The notes under the pieces: generated by a model
Told to the model about the DNA's origin: nothing
Database searches by the model: none
The model's input: the letters and a program-made list of their open reading frames with translations, nothing else
Shown: positions 40,907 through 56,174 of the stretch, piece after piece
How positions within the stretch are numbered: position 1 is the stretch's first letter
Layout: each line of letters starts with the position of its first letter
From: Octopus vulgaris
Taxonomy: Eukaryota
DNA: 64,000 bases
Reading direction: 5' to 3'
Assembly (NCBI GenBank): GCA_951406725.2
Contig: OX597838.1
Location: forward strand, 17,608,001-17,672,000
Translations under genes and position numbers: made by a program

Positions 40907-40961
40907 ATATGTATATATGTATATATATATAGACAGAGAGAGAGAAAGAGAGACAGACAGT

Positions 40962-41033
<72 letters not shown>

Positions 41034-41076
41034 TAGATAGAGAGAGAGGGGGGGAGAGAGAGAGATTCATACATAC

Positions 41077-41155
<79 letters not shown>

Positions 41156-41206
41156 TAGATAGATAGAGAGAGAGAGAGAGGGAGAGAGAGAGAGATACAC
41201 ACATAC

Positions 41207-41278
<72 letters not shown>

Positions 41279-41912
41279 GAGTGGCATAGGAGTGGGTATG
41301 TGGTAAGAGGCTTGCTTCCCAAGCACACGGTTCCGTGTTCAGTCCCACTGCGTGGCACCTTAGGCAAATGTCTTCTAGTATAGTCTCGGGCCAACTAAAG
41401 CCGTGTGAGTGGATTTGGTAGATGGAAACTGTAAGAAACCCGTCGTATATATGTGAGTGTGTGTGTGTGTGTGTATGCGCGCGTGTGTGTGTGTGTGTGT
41501 ATGTTTGTGTGTGTGTGTGTGTGTGTGTGTCTATGTTCGCCCCCATCATCGCTTGACAACTGTTATTGGTGTGTTTACGTCCCCATAACCAAGCGGTTCT
41601 GCAAAGGACACCGATAAAATAAGTATTAGGGTTACAAAGAATATGTCCTGGGGTCGATTTATTCGACTAAAACCCTTTAAGGTGGTGCTCCAACATGGCC
41701 GCAGTCAAATGAATGAAACATATAAAAGAATAAAAAATAAATTTATATAGGTGCAGGAGTGGCTGTGCGGTAAGAAGCTTGCTTACCAACCACATGGTTC
41801 CGGGTTCAGTCCCACTGCGTGGCACCTTGCGCAAGTGTCTTCTACTATAGCCTCGGGTTGACCAAAGCCTTGTGAGTGGATTTGGTAGACGGAAACTGAA
41901 AGAAGCCCGTCG

Positions 41913-41964
<52 letters not shown>

Positions 41965-42581
41965 AGTTTGTGTATCTATATTTGTCCCCACCACCATCGA
42001 TTGACAACCGATACTGGTGTGTTTACGCTCCCGTAACTTAGCGGTTCGACAAAATCACCGATAAAATAAGATACTAGACTTACAAAGAATAAGTCTTTGG
42101 TTCGATTTGTTCGGCTAAAAGGCGGTGCTCCAGCATGGCCGCAGTCAAGGGACTGACGCAAATAAAAAAATAAAGGAATATATTCTTTCATATGTATGTA
42201 TATCACGTGATCACGTGACCGACCAAACCATCCGATGTTGTTACACATCGCTGGTCACAATGCGTTCGCATTGTTTTAGCCTTCGAATGACGCCACCCCG
42301 CTGGCTGAGCGAGCAGGCCAACAGAAGAAAGAGTGGGAGAAAGAGTGGTGAAAGAGTACAGCAGGGATCGCCACCACCCCCTGCCGGAGCCTCGTGGAGC
42401 TTTTAGGTGTTTTCGCTCAATAAACACTCACAACGCCCGGCCTGGGAATCGAAACTGCGATCCTACGACCGCGAGTCCGCTGCCCTAACCACTGGGCCAT
42501 TGCTTGAGTGTATATGATTGATTGATTGATTGATTGATTCTAGTTTCAGCCTATGAGCTGTGGCCATGCTGGGGCACCGCC

Positions 42582-42698
<117 letters not shown>

Positions 42699-42867
42699 AT
42701 GTTACATTACTCGGTAGTCAAGATGGTGTTGTGGATTTCCACTTCGGCATCTGAAACTCAGAGTTTTATCTTGACTACCGAGTAACGTAACATATTGTAT
42801 AGATAAATTTCCTCTATTTACATAATATTGAGGTCTCTTTCTTTCTTTTGTTATCTTACCGTTTTAT

Positions 42868-42919
<52 letters not shown>

Positions 42920-44644
42920 TTTACTTGTTTCAGTCAGTGGATAGCGGCCATGCTGGGGCACCATTGCCTTGAAGAGTTATCGGACATTTTAAAGAATAAC
43001 CAATAGAGATTGGATACATGTATAGCTGTGTGGCTTATCATTTTGCTGTGAGAGTATGCGTTTTTAGGTTCTATCCCAAAGAACAATATATGGACCATGT
43101 ATCTTCGGTCATAGTGTCATGTTGATTAAAGTCGTATAAGTAAATTTAAGTGGAAAGAAACTGTGAGGAAACCAATTGGCGGGCTCGTTGCCGTTCTGGG
43201 TCTGAAGACTTATTCCGATTCCTTATTAATCTCAAGTGCGCTATAAAGGTCAAGGGCGTTAGTTTTTTTCATTTCTCAAAACATAAAAGGAGTTAAGGTT
43301 TCGGTGACTGTATTAACCCGTTGAATCCGCGATTATGCCTTAGCTTGCAAAAGCGGGGCGGCCACGGGAAGGCTGAAATAATTATGCTTTTGCCAATTAG
43401 TGAACCGCAAACAGAAAAACCACGTGACCACTCGCTTTTTTTGCGACTTCCGAACGAAACTGCGCACGCTCAAGGTTACTCGTGGATTCAAAGAGTTAAA
43501 CTATGACGGATGTTGGGGAAATAGCCGGGAAATTATATTAAACCTCTCTAAAATATCACTCGAGAAATGTGGCAAGCTGGCAGGATTGTTAACACACCGG
43601 ACAAAATGCTTAGCAGCATTTCGTCCGAACTTTTCTGTTGGTTTCAAATTCCACCGAGGTCGACTTTGCCTTTCATCCTTTTCGGGGTCGATAAATTTAG
43701 CTCCCTCCCCAAAAATTATGGGCCTTGTGCCTAGAGTAGAACAAAATATTCATTCAAAGATGGTGAGCTGGCAGAATTGTTAGCCCACCGGGCGAAATGC
43801 TTAGCGATATTTCGTCTGCCGAGGTCGACTTTGCTTTTCATCCTTTCGGGGTCGATAAATTAAGTACCAGTTACGCACTGGGGTCGATGTAATCGACTTA
43901 ATCCCTTTGTCTGTCCTTGTTTGTCCTCTCAGTGTTTAACCCCTTGTGGGTAGTAAAGAAATAGGTATTTCCGTCTGACGCTAAGTTACTTAGAGAAGGC
44001 ACATGGCTCAGTGGTGCGAACGTCAAACTCACAATCATGAAGTAGTGAGTTCAATTCCTGGACTGAGCTGTGTTGTGTTCATGAACGAGACACTTTATTT
44101 CACGTTGCTCCAGTTCACTCGACTGTTGAAATGAGTTGCGACATCACTGGTACGAAGCTGTATCGGCCTTTGTCTTTCTCTTGGATAACATCAGTGCTGT
44201 GGAAAGGAGAGGCTGATATGTATGGGCGACTGCTGGTCTTTAAACAACCTAGCCCAGACTTGTGCCTCAAAGGGAAACTTTTCTATGTACAATCTCATGG
44301 TTATACATGATCAAAAAGGGACATTACCTTTTTACTTAGAAAAGGAAAACATAACTAAGCATGAAAATTCCATTCTCTGCGAAATTAATTCCTACTTTCT
44401 GAGTTCAAATTCCGCCGAAGTCGACTTTAACTTTCAGCCTTTCGGGGTCGATTAAATAAGTACCAGTTACGCACTGGGGTCGATGTAATCGACTTAATCC
44501 CTTCCCTCAAATTTCAGGCCTTGTGCTTCCAGTAGAAAGGATTTTAATATCCATTCAAATAAATCGATGATATCCCATGAAGTGCTGTATCTTAATCGTT
44601 TAGCATTCAAATTACTCTGTCAAATGCCATGTTTATTTATGGAA

Positions 44645-45028
44645 TGGAAGCACTCCGTCGGTTACGACGACGAGGGTTCCGGTTGATCCGATCAACGGAA
44701 CAGCCTGCTCGTGAAATTAACGTGTAAGTGGCTGAGCACTCCACAGACACGTGTACCCTTAACGTAGTTCTCGGGGATATTCAGCGTGACACAGAAAGTG
44801 ACAAGGCCGGCCCTTTGAAATACAGGTACAACAGAAACAGGAAGTAAGAGTGAGAGAAAGTTGTGGTGAAAGAGTACAGCAGGGATCACCACCATCCCTG
44901 CCGGAGCCTCGTGGAGCTTTTAGGTGTTTTCGCTCAATAAACACTCACAACGCCCGGTCTAGGAATCGAAACCGCGATCCTACGACCGCGAGTCCGCTGC
45001 CCAAAGCACTGGGCCATTGCGCCCCCAC
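44645..45028 (-). mobile_element. SINE family C
   Basis: Full length; flanked by CCATGTTTATTTAT direct repeats. Confidence 0.9.
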
Positions 45029-45115
45029 CATGTTTATTTATTCCCATTGTATGAATAAACATGACGCTTGCGATAAGTCGTGTATTATCTTGGAGCTTCG
45101 AGATAGCAATGATGT

Positions 45116-45481
45116 GTTTATTGCCTTCGCTAAGACGGAGGTATTGTTTTCAGCCGTGTTTGTTTGCTTGTTTGTCCGTGGACATGATATCTCAAGAACC
45201 GCTGGATGAAACTTTCAGGGATGTTTGGCCTTGTGACTGGCACGAACTGATTAGATTTGGGGATCGATCCAGTACCGGACAAGGATTCTGGATTATTTTT
45301 CCGGTTCTTTTTTTACTTAATTTTGGGGAGCGGTCGGGTTCATTTTTAGTATTCTCGTTTGTGAGAGCAGTCGAGTTTATTTCAAATATTCTCATTTTAA
45401 AAATCATTTCCGGCTAATAGTTGAGAGGATGTTGGTTGTTGCCTTGGCAAAGGCTTGAGCTCTCCGAGTGCTCTTGTTTAG
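45116..45481 (+). mobile_element. non-autonomous Helitron/Helentron-like (HINE/DINE-type) element
   Basis: 5' TATTGCCTTCGCTAAG...GGAGGTATTGTTTTC...(GTTT)n; 3' TTGGCAAAGGC (subterminal inverted repeat) followed by the hairpin GAGCTCTCCGAGTGCTC. Confidence 0.6.
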
Positions 45482-46387
45482 TTTTAAAATGACATTCTAA
45501 AGTAGGTGTGAGGAGACAGTTCTGGCCATGCTGGAGCACCGCCTTTAGTCGAGCAAATTGACCCCAGGACTTATTCTTTGTAAATCTAGTACTTATTCTG
45601 TCGGGCTCTTTTGCCGAATCGCTAAGTTACGGGGACGTAAACACACTAGCATCGGTTGTCAAGCGATGTTGGGGGACAAACACATACACACAAACATATA
45701 CACACACATACATATATATATATACATATATTCCGCCGAGGTCGACTTTGCCTTTCATCCTTTCGGGGTCGTTAAATAAAAGTACCAGTTTCGCACTGGG
45801 GTCGATGTAATCGACTTAATCCCTTTGTCTGTCCTTGTTTGTCCTCTCTATGTTTAGCCCCTTGTGGGCAATAAAGAAATATATATATATATACATATAT
45901 ACAACGGGTTTCCGTCTACCAAATCTACTCACAAGGCTTTGGTCGGCCCGAGGCTATAGTAAAAGACACTTGCCCAAGGTGCCACGCAGTGGGACTGGAC
46001 CCGGAAGCATGTGGCTGGTAAGCAAGCTACTTTACCACACAGCCACTCCTGCGCCTAAGGATTATTTATTTATTTATTTATTTGTTCCTTTTTGAACAAC
46101 GGTCTCATTGGTTGCAGATTTCCAGCGGCCACTGGTTCACAGTACTTCTCATGGTAACAGCAAAAAGATTGTGCCGAACTTGTTTTTGTTTTGCTTTTGT
46201 TTTTGCTTTTGTTGTTGTTTTTGCTTTGTTTGTTTTGTTTTGTTTTTTCGCTTTTCTTGCAGATGTTTATATCCCAGGATGATATACATCGTTTAAGATA
46301 TATATACGTACATATATACCTATACATGTATACTTGTGTATACATACATACATATACACATGCATTTGTATATATCTATATTTATAT

Positions 46388-46790
46388 ATTGGGTCATCTC
46401 ATAAGTAACACGGTTTCTTTTTATACTTCTTGTATTTATCAAAATTAAGATAAACAAACTTCTTTTTTAATCTAGAATATATTCTCCTTCTTTAACTACG
46501 ATAGTCTTTCATCTATCTGGTAGATTTGCAAGGCCCCTTTTCCAAACTTAAATTGTCCGTGACGAAAAATACTCTTCCAGTTCTGTTCTGACCTCGTCTA
46601 TAGAATTCTTTTTTTTTTTCCGTCCAAATGATTTTGAAGACTGTGGAATAAATGATAATCAGATTGGGCAATGTCCTGCGAATCTGATGGGTCGGGTATC
46701 GTTTCCCATTCAAAGTGCCCCGGCCTTTGGAATGTCATCCTCGCTGTATGTGGCCGAGCATTATCCTGATGGAAGAACACCATTCGCCTT
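46388..46790 (-). mobile_element. degenerate mariner transposase 3' fragment
   Basis: FFHQDNARPHTA...WETIPDPSDSQDIAQSDYHLFHSLQNHLDGKK; TIR-like end TATTGGGTCATCTCATAAGT. Confidence 0.82.
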
Positions 46791-46802
46791 CAAATCACAT
46801 AT

Positions 46803-47136
46803 GGAGACGAGATAGATGGGGTAGAGGTGGGGACGAGAGGGAGGGAGAGGGATGTGGAGAGGGGGAGAAAAGGAGAGCGAGAGAGAGGGTGAGGGAGAGA
46901 GTGAGAGGGAGAGAGAAAGTGAGAAAGAGTTACAAAGAGAGAGAGAAAGTAGAAGACAAATGGAAGAGAGAGAGAGACAGAGACAGAGAGATGGAGACGA
47001 GACAAATGGAGGAGAGGTGAGGTCGTGAGGGAGGGAGGGAGAGGGATATGGAGAGGAGGGAAAAGGAGAGCGAGAGAGAGGGAGAGAGGGAGAGGAAGAG
47101 AGAAAGAGTTACAAAGAGAGAGAGGGGGTAGAAGAC

Positions 47137-47176
<40 letters not shown>

Positions 47177-47540
47177 TGGAGATGAGACAGATGGGGGAAA
47201 GGTGGAGACGTGAGGGAGGGAGAGGGATGTGGAGAGGAGGGAAAAGGAGAGCGAGAGAGAGGGAGAGAGGGAGAGGAAGAGAGAAAGAGTTACAAAGAGA
47301 GAGAGGGGGTAGAAGACAAATGGAAGAGAGAGAGACAGAGAGACAGAGACAGAGAGATGGAGACGAGACAGATGGAGGAGAGGTGGGGACGAGAGGGATG
47401 TGGAGAGGGGGAGAGAGGGAGAGGGAGAGAGAAAGTGAGAAAGAGTTACAGAGAGAGAGAGAGAGAGAGAAACTAGGAGACAAATGGAAGAGAGAGAGAG
47501 ACAGACAGAGACAGAGACAGAGAAGTAAGAAGAGAGACTA
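46803..47540. repeat. purine-rich minisatellite, about 4 copies of a ~185-bp unit
   Basis: Recurring landmarks GAGGGATGTGGAGAGG, GAAAGAGTTACA and GACAAATGGAAGAG. Confidence 0.85.
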
Positions 47541-47956
47541 AGAGTAACAGAGGGAGGAAGAGAGGCAAAATAAGGGATAATTAAAAAAGAGAAAGTGGAA
47601 GGAGTAAACCCTTTCTTCTGTGTTGTTGTTGTTACTGCTGTTGGTGTTGTTGTTGTTGCTGCTGTTGACGTTGCATTCATGACTAAAATTAACAAAAATG
47701 AATGCCGTAAAACCTGACTTATACATGTCAATCGGTCTGTCTGTCTGTCTGTTTGTCTGTCGGCCCGTGTATGTATCTGTCTGTGTGTCTGTGTGCGTGC
47801 CTCTCCGTCTGTCATCCACAGTTAATATGCTCCTCGTTAATGAGATAATACAACAAAAACATCAATTATTTCACATCGTAATTCCACTCCCGTTTGTAAA
47901 CCTTAACGTAATCACGGCGGACATATATACGTAGATACATATCTTAATACCTATAT

Positions 47957-48001
<45 letters not shown>

Positions 48002-48028
48002 ACATACATACATACATACATACATACA

Positions 48029-48061
<33 letters not shown>

Positions 48062-48193
48062 GTATGTATGTGTGCATGTGTGCATGTACGTATGTATGTA
48101 TGTATATAATGCATGTATTAGGTATGTATGTCTGTAATCTATGTTTATGTACGTATACATTTTATGTACTACTAACTATGCTGTATATAAATG

Positions 48194-48230
<37 letters not shown>

Positions 48231-48817
48231 ATGTGTGTGTATGTAGTTTAAATATGTATATATATATATATATATGTATGTATATAAATATATATGTATA
48301 TATATGTGTCTATATATATGTGTGTGAGTGTGTGTGTATACATACATACATACATGCATACATACATACATACATACATACATACATACATACATAAAAC
48401 ATACATAATACATATACACAAATCTATACATATATATATATATATAGATAGATATATATGTGTGTGTGTGTGTGTAAGTATGTATGTATGTATGTATATT
48501 TCTGTCTATAGATATAGATATATATTTATATACAACCATATACAATCATATACACACATACACACATACATACGTACGTACGTACGTAGATATATACACG
48601 TATATATGAGTGAGTGTGCGTGTGTATGTGTGTGCGTCAATGTGGTCGGTGACATTACATGTCTGCCATGTTCATGTTTCAGTACAGATCACTTGACACG
48701 TGATAAAGAACACCAACACTTCAAGGTGACACAAGCAGATTTCAAAAGTTTTCCACCATTTTTAGATGCCCAATATCCAGGTCTATTAATTCTGTACCTG
48801 CTCTTGCACCCCCACCC

Positions 48818-48849
<32 letters not shown>

Positions 48850-48973
48850 TTCTCTCTCTCTCCGTATACGTACATGCATATGCGCACATACATACACGCA
48901 CATACACACACGCACACATATTTACGTGTATGTGTGAACACATCATATGTGTGTGTGTGTGCGTGCGAGTACG

Positions 48974-49020
<47 letters not shown>

Positions 49021-49722
49021 ATGTATATATATATATATATATATACACACGTAAGTATGCATATATGTGTGTATGTGTTTGTGTAAACATACATACACGC
49101 AAACACTCGCTCGCACACGCACACACACGCACGCACACACACACACACACACATACACACGTATACACAAAAATACACAAATAAATGTATATATATATAT
49201 ATGTACAAATGCACACGTCCTTTACAATCTCTTATTTAAAATGGAAAATCACATATGAGAAAAGATGAACAGATAAGAGATTGAGGACAAATGTTGAATT
49301 CACAGCTATTTACTAATTCCTAATCAAAAGACTTTACACCGTTACCTTATCAGAGGAGGGGGCAAGAGCAGGTACAGAATCTGACTATTATTCTTTACGG
49401 ATTTAGTTACTGTTTCTAGCAGATCTAGCTGCCATGTTGAAGTTTTTTTTCATTGGTTCAAACATCCCCATTTCTTTATTACCCACAAGGGGCTAAACAT
49501 AGAAGGGACAAACAAGGACAGACATGGGTATGAAGTCGATTACATCGACCCCAGTGCGTAACTGGTACTTAATTTATCGACCCCGAAAGGATGAAAGGCA
49601 AAGTCGACCTCGGCGGAATTTGAACTCACAACGTAACGGCAGACGAATACTGCTAAGCATTTCGCCCAGCGTGCTAACGTTTCTGTCAGCTCGCCGTCTT
49701 CTACTTTCATTGGTTCAAACAT

Positions 49723-50290
<568 letters not shown>

Positions 50291-51068
50291 GAGTGGCCCA
50301 GGCGTGGTTGTGTAGTAAGGAGCTGGCTTCTCTACCACATAGTTCCGGGTTCAGCCCCACTGTGTGGTACCTTGGGAAAGTGTCTTCTGCTATAGCCTCG
50401 GGCCTTGTGATAGATCTATCAACTGGTAGATGGAAATTGAAAGAAGCCTGTAGTATATGCGTGTGTGTGTCTGTGTCCTTGTGTCTGTGTTTGTATCCAA
50501 TACCGCTTGACAACTGGTGATGGTGTGTTTACGTCCCCGTAACTAATCGGTTCGGCAAAACAGACCGATAGAAAAAGTACCAGGCATTTAAAGTACTTGG
50601 GTGGATACATTCGGCTACAAATTCTACAAGGCGGTGCTGCAGTATGGCCGCAATCTAATGACTGAAACAAGTGAAAGATAAAGATAATATATATACACAT
50701 ATATATAGTTGAAATTTATAGGAAAACAAAAGACGAAGACAAGTGTATGAACAATAAGCAGATGTATTAGTTTTACACTCGGGAAAATTGAAAACGTCTT
50801 TTACGTTTCGAGCCTACGCTCTTCAACAGAAAAGGATAAGAGAAAATAGAGAAAATAAATTAGGCGCTAGAGTGGCTGTGTGGTAAGTAGCTTGCTTACC
50901 AACCATATGGTTCTGGACTCAGTCCCACTGCGTGGCACCTTGGGCGAGTGTCTTCTACTATAGCCTCGGGCCGACCAAAGCCTTGTGAGTGGATTTGGTA
51001 GACGGAAACTGAAAAGAAGCCCATCGTATATATGTATATATGTGTGTGTGTGTGTGGATGTGTAAGAG

Positions 51069-51101
<33 letters not shown>

Positions 51102-51727
51102 TCACACACACGACGGACTTCTTTCAGTTTCCGTCTACCAAATCCACTCCACTCACAAGGCTTTGGTCAGCCCGAAGCTATAGTAGAAGACATTTGCCCA
51201 AGGTGCTACGCAATGGAACTGAACCCGCAGCTATATGGTTGGTAAGCAAGCTACTTACCACACAGCCACCACTCTATGTTTCAGTCATTAGGCTGCGGCC
51301 ATGCTGTGACACCGCCTTGAATTTTGAGTCGAATGAATCGACCCCAGGATTTATTTTTTAAACCTGATACTTATTCTATCGGTCTCTTTTGCGGAACCGC
51401 TACGTTAAGGGATGCAAACACACCAATACACACAAACACACACACATGTATATATGTATATATGAATATATACATATATATATGGCGCAATGGCCTAGTG
51501 GTTAGGGCAGCGGACTTGCGGTCGGAGGATCGCGGTTTCGATTCCCAGACCGGGCGTTGTGTGTGTTTATTGAGCGAAAACACCTAAAAGCTCCACGAGG
51601 CTCCGGCAGGAGGTGGTGATCCCTACTGTACTCTTTCACCACTCTAAAGGCGGTGCTCCAGCATGGCCGCAGTCAAATGACTGAAACAAGTACAAAAAAA
51701 AAAAAGAAAAATGCATATATGTATATA

Positions 51728-51771
<44 letters not shown>

Positions 51772-51774
<3 letters not shown>

Positions 51775-51996
51775 CGGTTTGGGATTTGGTTTGCAAGATT
51801 CTTTATATGAGTTCGTGTGTTGTGTCTGTGAAGAGTCATTCTTTTTTAGTGCCTTATTATTTAACACACTCACCGGTAAGATTTTCACTTATTTCTTATT
51901 TTTTATATTAATAAAAATAAGAAATGTGGAAATTTTACCGGTGAGTGTGTTAAATAATAAGGCACTAAAAAAGAATGATTCTCCCCAGACACAACA

Positions 51997-52072
<76 letters not shown>

Positions 52073-52295
52073 TCGGTTTGGGATTTGGTTTGCAAGATTC
52101 TTTATATGAGTTCGTGTGTTGTGTCTGTGAAGAGTCATTCTTTTTTAGTGCCTTATTATTTAACACACTCACCGGTAAGATTTTCACTTATTTCTTATTT
52201 TTTATATTAATAAAAATAAGAAATGTGGAAATTTTACCGGTGAGTGTGTTAAATAATAAGGCACTAAAAAAGAATGATTCTTCCCAATCACAACA

Positions 52296-52349
<54 letters not shown>

Positions 52350-52569
52350 CGGTTTGGGATTTGGTTTGCAAGATTCTTTATATGAGTTCGTGTGTTGTGT
52401 CTGTGAAGAGTCATTCTTTTTTAGTGCCTTATTATTTAACACACTCACCGGTAAGATTTTCACTTATTTCTTATTTTTTATATTAATAAAGATAAGAAAT
52501 GTGGAAATTTTACCGGTGAGTGTGTTAAATAATAAGGCACTAAAAAAATGACTCTCCCCAGACACAACA

Positions 52570-52570
<1 letters not shown>
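51772..52570. repeat. three tandem ~225-bp palindromic units separated by (TA)n
   Basis: Units at about 51772-51998, 52070-52296 and 52347-52570; each folds back over about 180 bp. Confidence 0.9.
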
Positions 52571-52612
<42 letters not shown>

Positions 52613-52762
52613 TATATCAAAGAGGTAACGGTGTCATTGAGACCCAAAGGTGTCAGGTAATGCTGAATAAGTACTGTAAGACCTTCTATCTATAAATGTT
52701 CTAATATCTACACAGCCTTGATTTTTTATCTCATTACGCAAAAACTTATATATATACATACA

Positions 52763-52833
<71 letters not shown>

Positions 52834-52999
52834 CACGGGTTCTTTCAGTTTTGCGTCTACAAAATCCACTCACAGGGCTTCGGTCGACCCGAAGCTATAG
52901 TGGAAGTCTCGCCCAAGATGAATGACACGCAGTGGGACACTGAACCCAGAACCATGTGGTCGGGAAGCAAGCTTCTTACCACACAGCCACGCTTGCCCC

Positions 53000-53047
<48 letters not shown>

Positions 53048-53156
53048 TACATATACACGCACGCACATATATATTTTTTTATATAGGTGTTGCATTCGTA
53101 ATTCACCTGCAACTAAAAACACAAACTACTTCGTGTATGTGTGTGTGTGTGCGCGC

Positions 53157-53231
<75 letters not shown>

Positions 53232-53794
53232 CAGGTGTTGCATTCGTGATGCACCTGGAACTGAAAACACAATCTACTTTAGTACACGTGTACTACAAAG
53301 ATAACATACTTCTCTATATGTGTGTATGTGTGTGTGTGTTTTAGTGTTTGTGTACACCCACCAGGGCCGCTTGACAACACGTAAAAGAGATGAAAGAGGA
53401 AAAGAGGTGGCTACATCACCTACCGTATTAAGATGCGGGTTCTCAAAATCACCAGAATCCAAAGCAGTGAATGTGACCGTCTCATTTCATTTCTCATACA
53501 GGTAACGAGAGCATTAACAAAGTTACTGTATCGGTTTCAACTAGGAATCGAAACTGTTTCGTAGACTTGGTGTATCAAGAAAGCGCATGGTAATTTGCGT
53601 TGCTCTGAATCGTACATCTGTTACCAGCAAATACTCCGAGTCCGGTACTCGTTAAAATTAATTGTTAACAATGAAATGTTATCACTGTGTAACATGTGAC
53701 AAAGAGTGGAGAGATTTTGACAATTAAAATTAGTTACCTATAATATACAAGCGGACACATACAAGCGAGCATATACACATACATACATGTGTAT

Positions 53795-53838
<44 letters not shown>

Positions 53839-54018
53839 GTGTGTGTGTGTGTGTGTATGTGTGTGTGTGTGTGTTTAGGTGCAGGAGTGGCTGTGTGGTA
53901 AGTAGCATACTTACCAGCCACATGGTTCCGGGTTATATATATCTTGTAAATTATCTTGTAAGTTATGTATAAATTTTACCTTTAAAGGCATTTTTTGATA
54001 TGCATGTATGTATGTGTG

Positions 54019-54093
<75 letters not shown>

Positions 54094-54613
54094 CATATAC
54101 ATATATATATACGCCGGGGTTTCTTTTACTTTCCGTTTACCAAATTCTCTCACAAGACTTTCGTTGGCCCGAGGCGATAGTAGAAGACTCTTGACCCAGG
54201 TGGCACGCAGTGAGAGTGAACCCGGAACCATCTGGTTGGGAAGCGAACTTCTTACCACACGGCTATACTTGCGCTTATGATATAAATAAATAAATATATA
54301 TATATATATATATATACATACATAAAATTAAGTATGTCTACCTGCTGGAAATAACAGTCAAAACTCTTATTTAAATCGCCAAAATACACTGATAATAACT
54401 ACAGAAATCAACAATCCGAAGGCAAACGGGCCAAGCTTACATTCAAGTATTTGGACACACGTGGACCGTTTTCTGGAATGGCATAATAGCCCAACCTTCC
54501 TCAGCACGCGTTACCACGACAGAGAGACCCAACCCGTCGTGTCGAAGTCTGCGCTGCAACAACTTTTTTTGGCACCGAAATCATATGCATACATACGTGT
54601 GTGTGTGTGTGTA

Positions 54614-55126
54614 ATCTATATATAACTGTAGTTGTGTGAGTGTCTGTCTCCTACGATTTAGATTCCTAACTACTCCCACATTTTGCGGTGCAGTTTAACC
54701 AAATTCGGGTATCTTATAGTCGTGATTAATATCGAGCCCGTCTGAGTATTAGCGCGCGTCTACGATGAGTCTACGATTTTAAAAATAATTTAACATCATT
54801 TTTTATTCCATTTTAATGCACAATTTTTCGTGTGTCGATGGCGGCGGAGTTGGCGTCCACGCTCAAACACCTGCACCTGTTTGCTTCTCCCCCTTCTTCC
54901 CTCCCTTGTGAAGCTGTGGGGAAGGGAGTTTAAAGAAATCAACGTCGTAATGCGTTGTCAAGGAGACCAGCGTTCTTTTAGAACAACGACTTCATGGCTT
55001 GAAGACACCAAAACAGAAATGGCTAAGAAAGCCCGAATTGGCATCTATAAGGGAAGTAACTCTATAAAAATGCTTATATAGTTATTTCCCTTACAAACCC
55101 GAGCAACGCCGGGCGATACTGCTAGT
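54614..55126 (+). mobile_element. non-autonomous Helitron
   Basis: a|TC 5' end (TCTATATATAACTGTAG), 3' hairpin CCCGAGCAACGCCGGG, terminal CTAG|t. Confidence 0.78.
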
Positions 55127-56061
55127 GGATAATAAAACTAATGCTTTACACCTGGTAGCTTACTAGTAAAGCACGGTTACTTTCAGAGTGATCGTTAGGT
55201 ACATAACAAATGAAAGACGAAAGATGGTATATACGAGAATTTATTCTTAATCACGGCGATTGTTTCGACACATCTAGCATCGATTCCTCTTGGGTGGGAC
55301 ACTCAACAACGGGTTCAGGTGCATCCCTGTACTGTTAACAACCCACCCATTACAGTAGTCTATTAATAACAAGGACAACTGTTAAGCGACAACACTTTAG
55401 ATTTAAAAAAATAAAGATTGTTACTGTTACACAGGCCAGATTACAAAATAGAAAGCTGTGGTTTTGTCGTCTCTCTCCATTGCACCAATCACAGCCCGCC
55501 TTAAGTTCAAATACCCCTGTATATGCTCTTTTGCTATTTTACGCTTGTTTTGTTGTTCCTAGACTAGGAAATAGTATTTATTATTAATATTTTAATGGAT
55601 TTAATGAAAAATTTTCGGCGCTCATATATATATATATATATATATATATTGTATATAAGAAAAAGGGACAGGCAACAGGTTGCTTGACCGCATACCGAAA
55701 AAATAGAAATAGCAGTCAAGAATGCTTATTTCTATCAAAGTTGGACTCCGGGCACGACAAACCCTGTAATTCACATATGCAAAACAGAAGGAATAGATAA
55801 CGAAAACGAAGTCTGGTGGTTATCTGTGAACATCATGTTTCTGGATTATAAACATCAAAATATTTGAAGAAAGTGAGCAAAAGCTAAACCTACATAGACC
55901 TTTGAATTCGTAAATCTTCCCTCCAAAATTTTGCCATGCGCACTACAAAAATAGTTCCATATGATTGCTCACTTTCTTCAAATATTTTGATGTCGCATGG
56001 TCAGAAGGTTTGAGGTACGTAGCATTTGATAAATCTATGATAAATCTTTTTCAATGGAAAG

Positions 56062-56174
56062 CTGTGCTGAAGAAGGATGTGAAATATATATGCAATGTAT
56101 ATGAAATATATATCATAAATATATATGAAATATATATTCAATATGTTTATAATCCAGAAACATGATGTTCACAG
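56062..56174 (+). ncRNA. type I hammerhead-ribozyme-like motif
   Basis: ctgtg-CTGAAGA-A-GGAT-(AT-rich expanded loop)-ATCC-A-GAAAC-ATGAT-GTT-cacag; perfect 5-bp stem I. Confidence 0.55.

Noticed and set aside
49205-49220. TGCACAC metal-response-element match
   Set aside because: It is expected by chance next to CA-rich repeats, and the TSS is unknown.
51772-52570. CRISPR-like repeat/spacer appearance
   Set aside because: The units are about 225 bp, the spacers are plain (TA)n, the context is eukaryotic and there are no cas genes.
54430-54570. Candidate non-coding first exon of the ZIP gene (GC-richer unique island with a minus-strand GTAAGC donor near 54440)
   Set aside because: It cannot be distinguished from chance donor sites without transcript data.
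55200-55330. Another possible hammerhead remnant (minus strand GAAACAATCGCC followed by AATAAA)
   Set aside because: Both the CTGAnGA box and the cleavage triplet are too degenerate to support a call.
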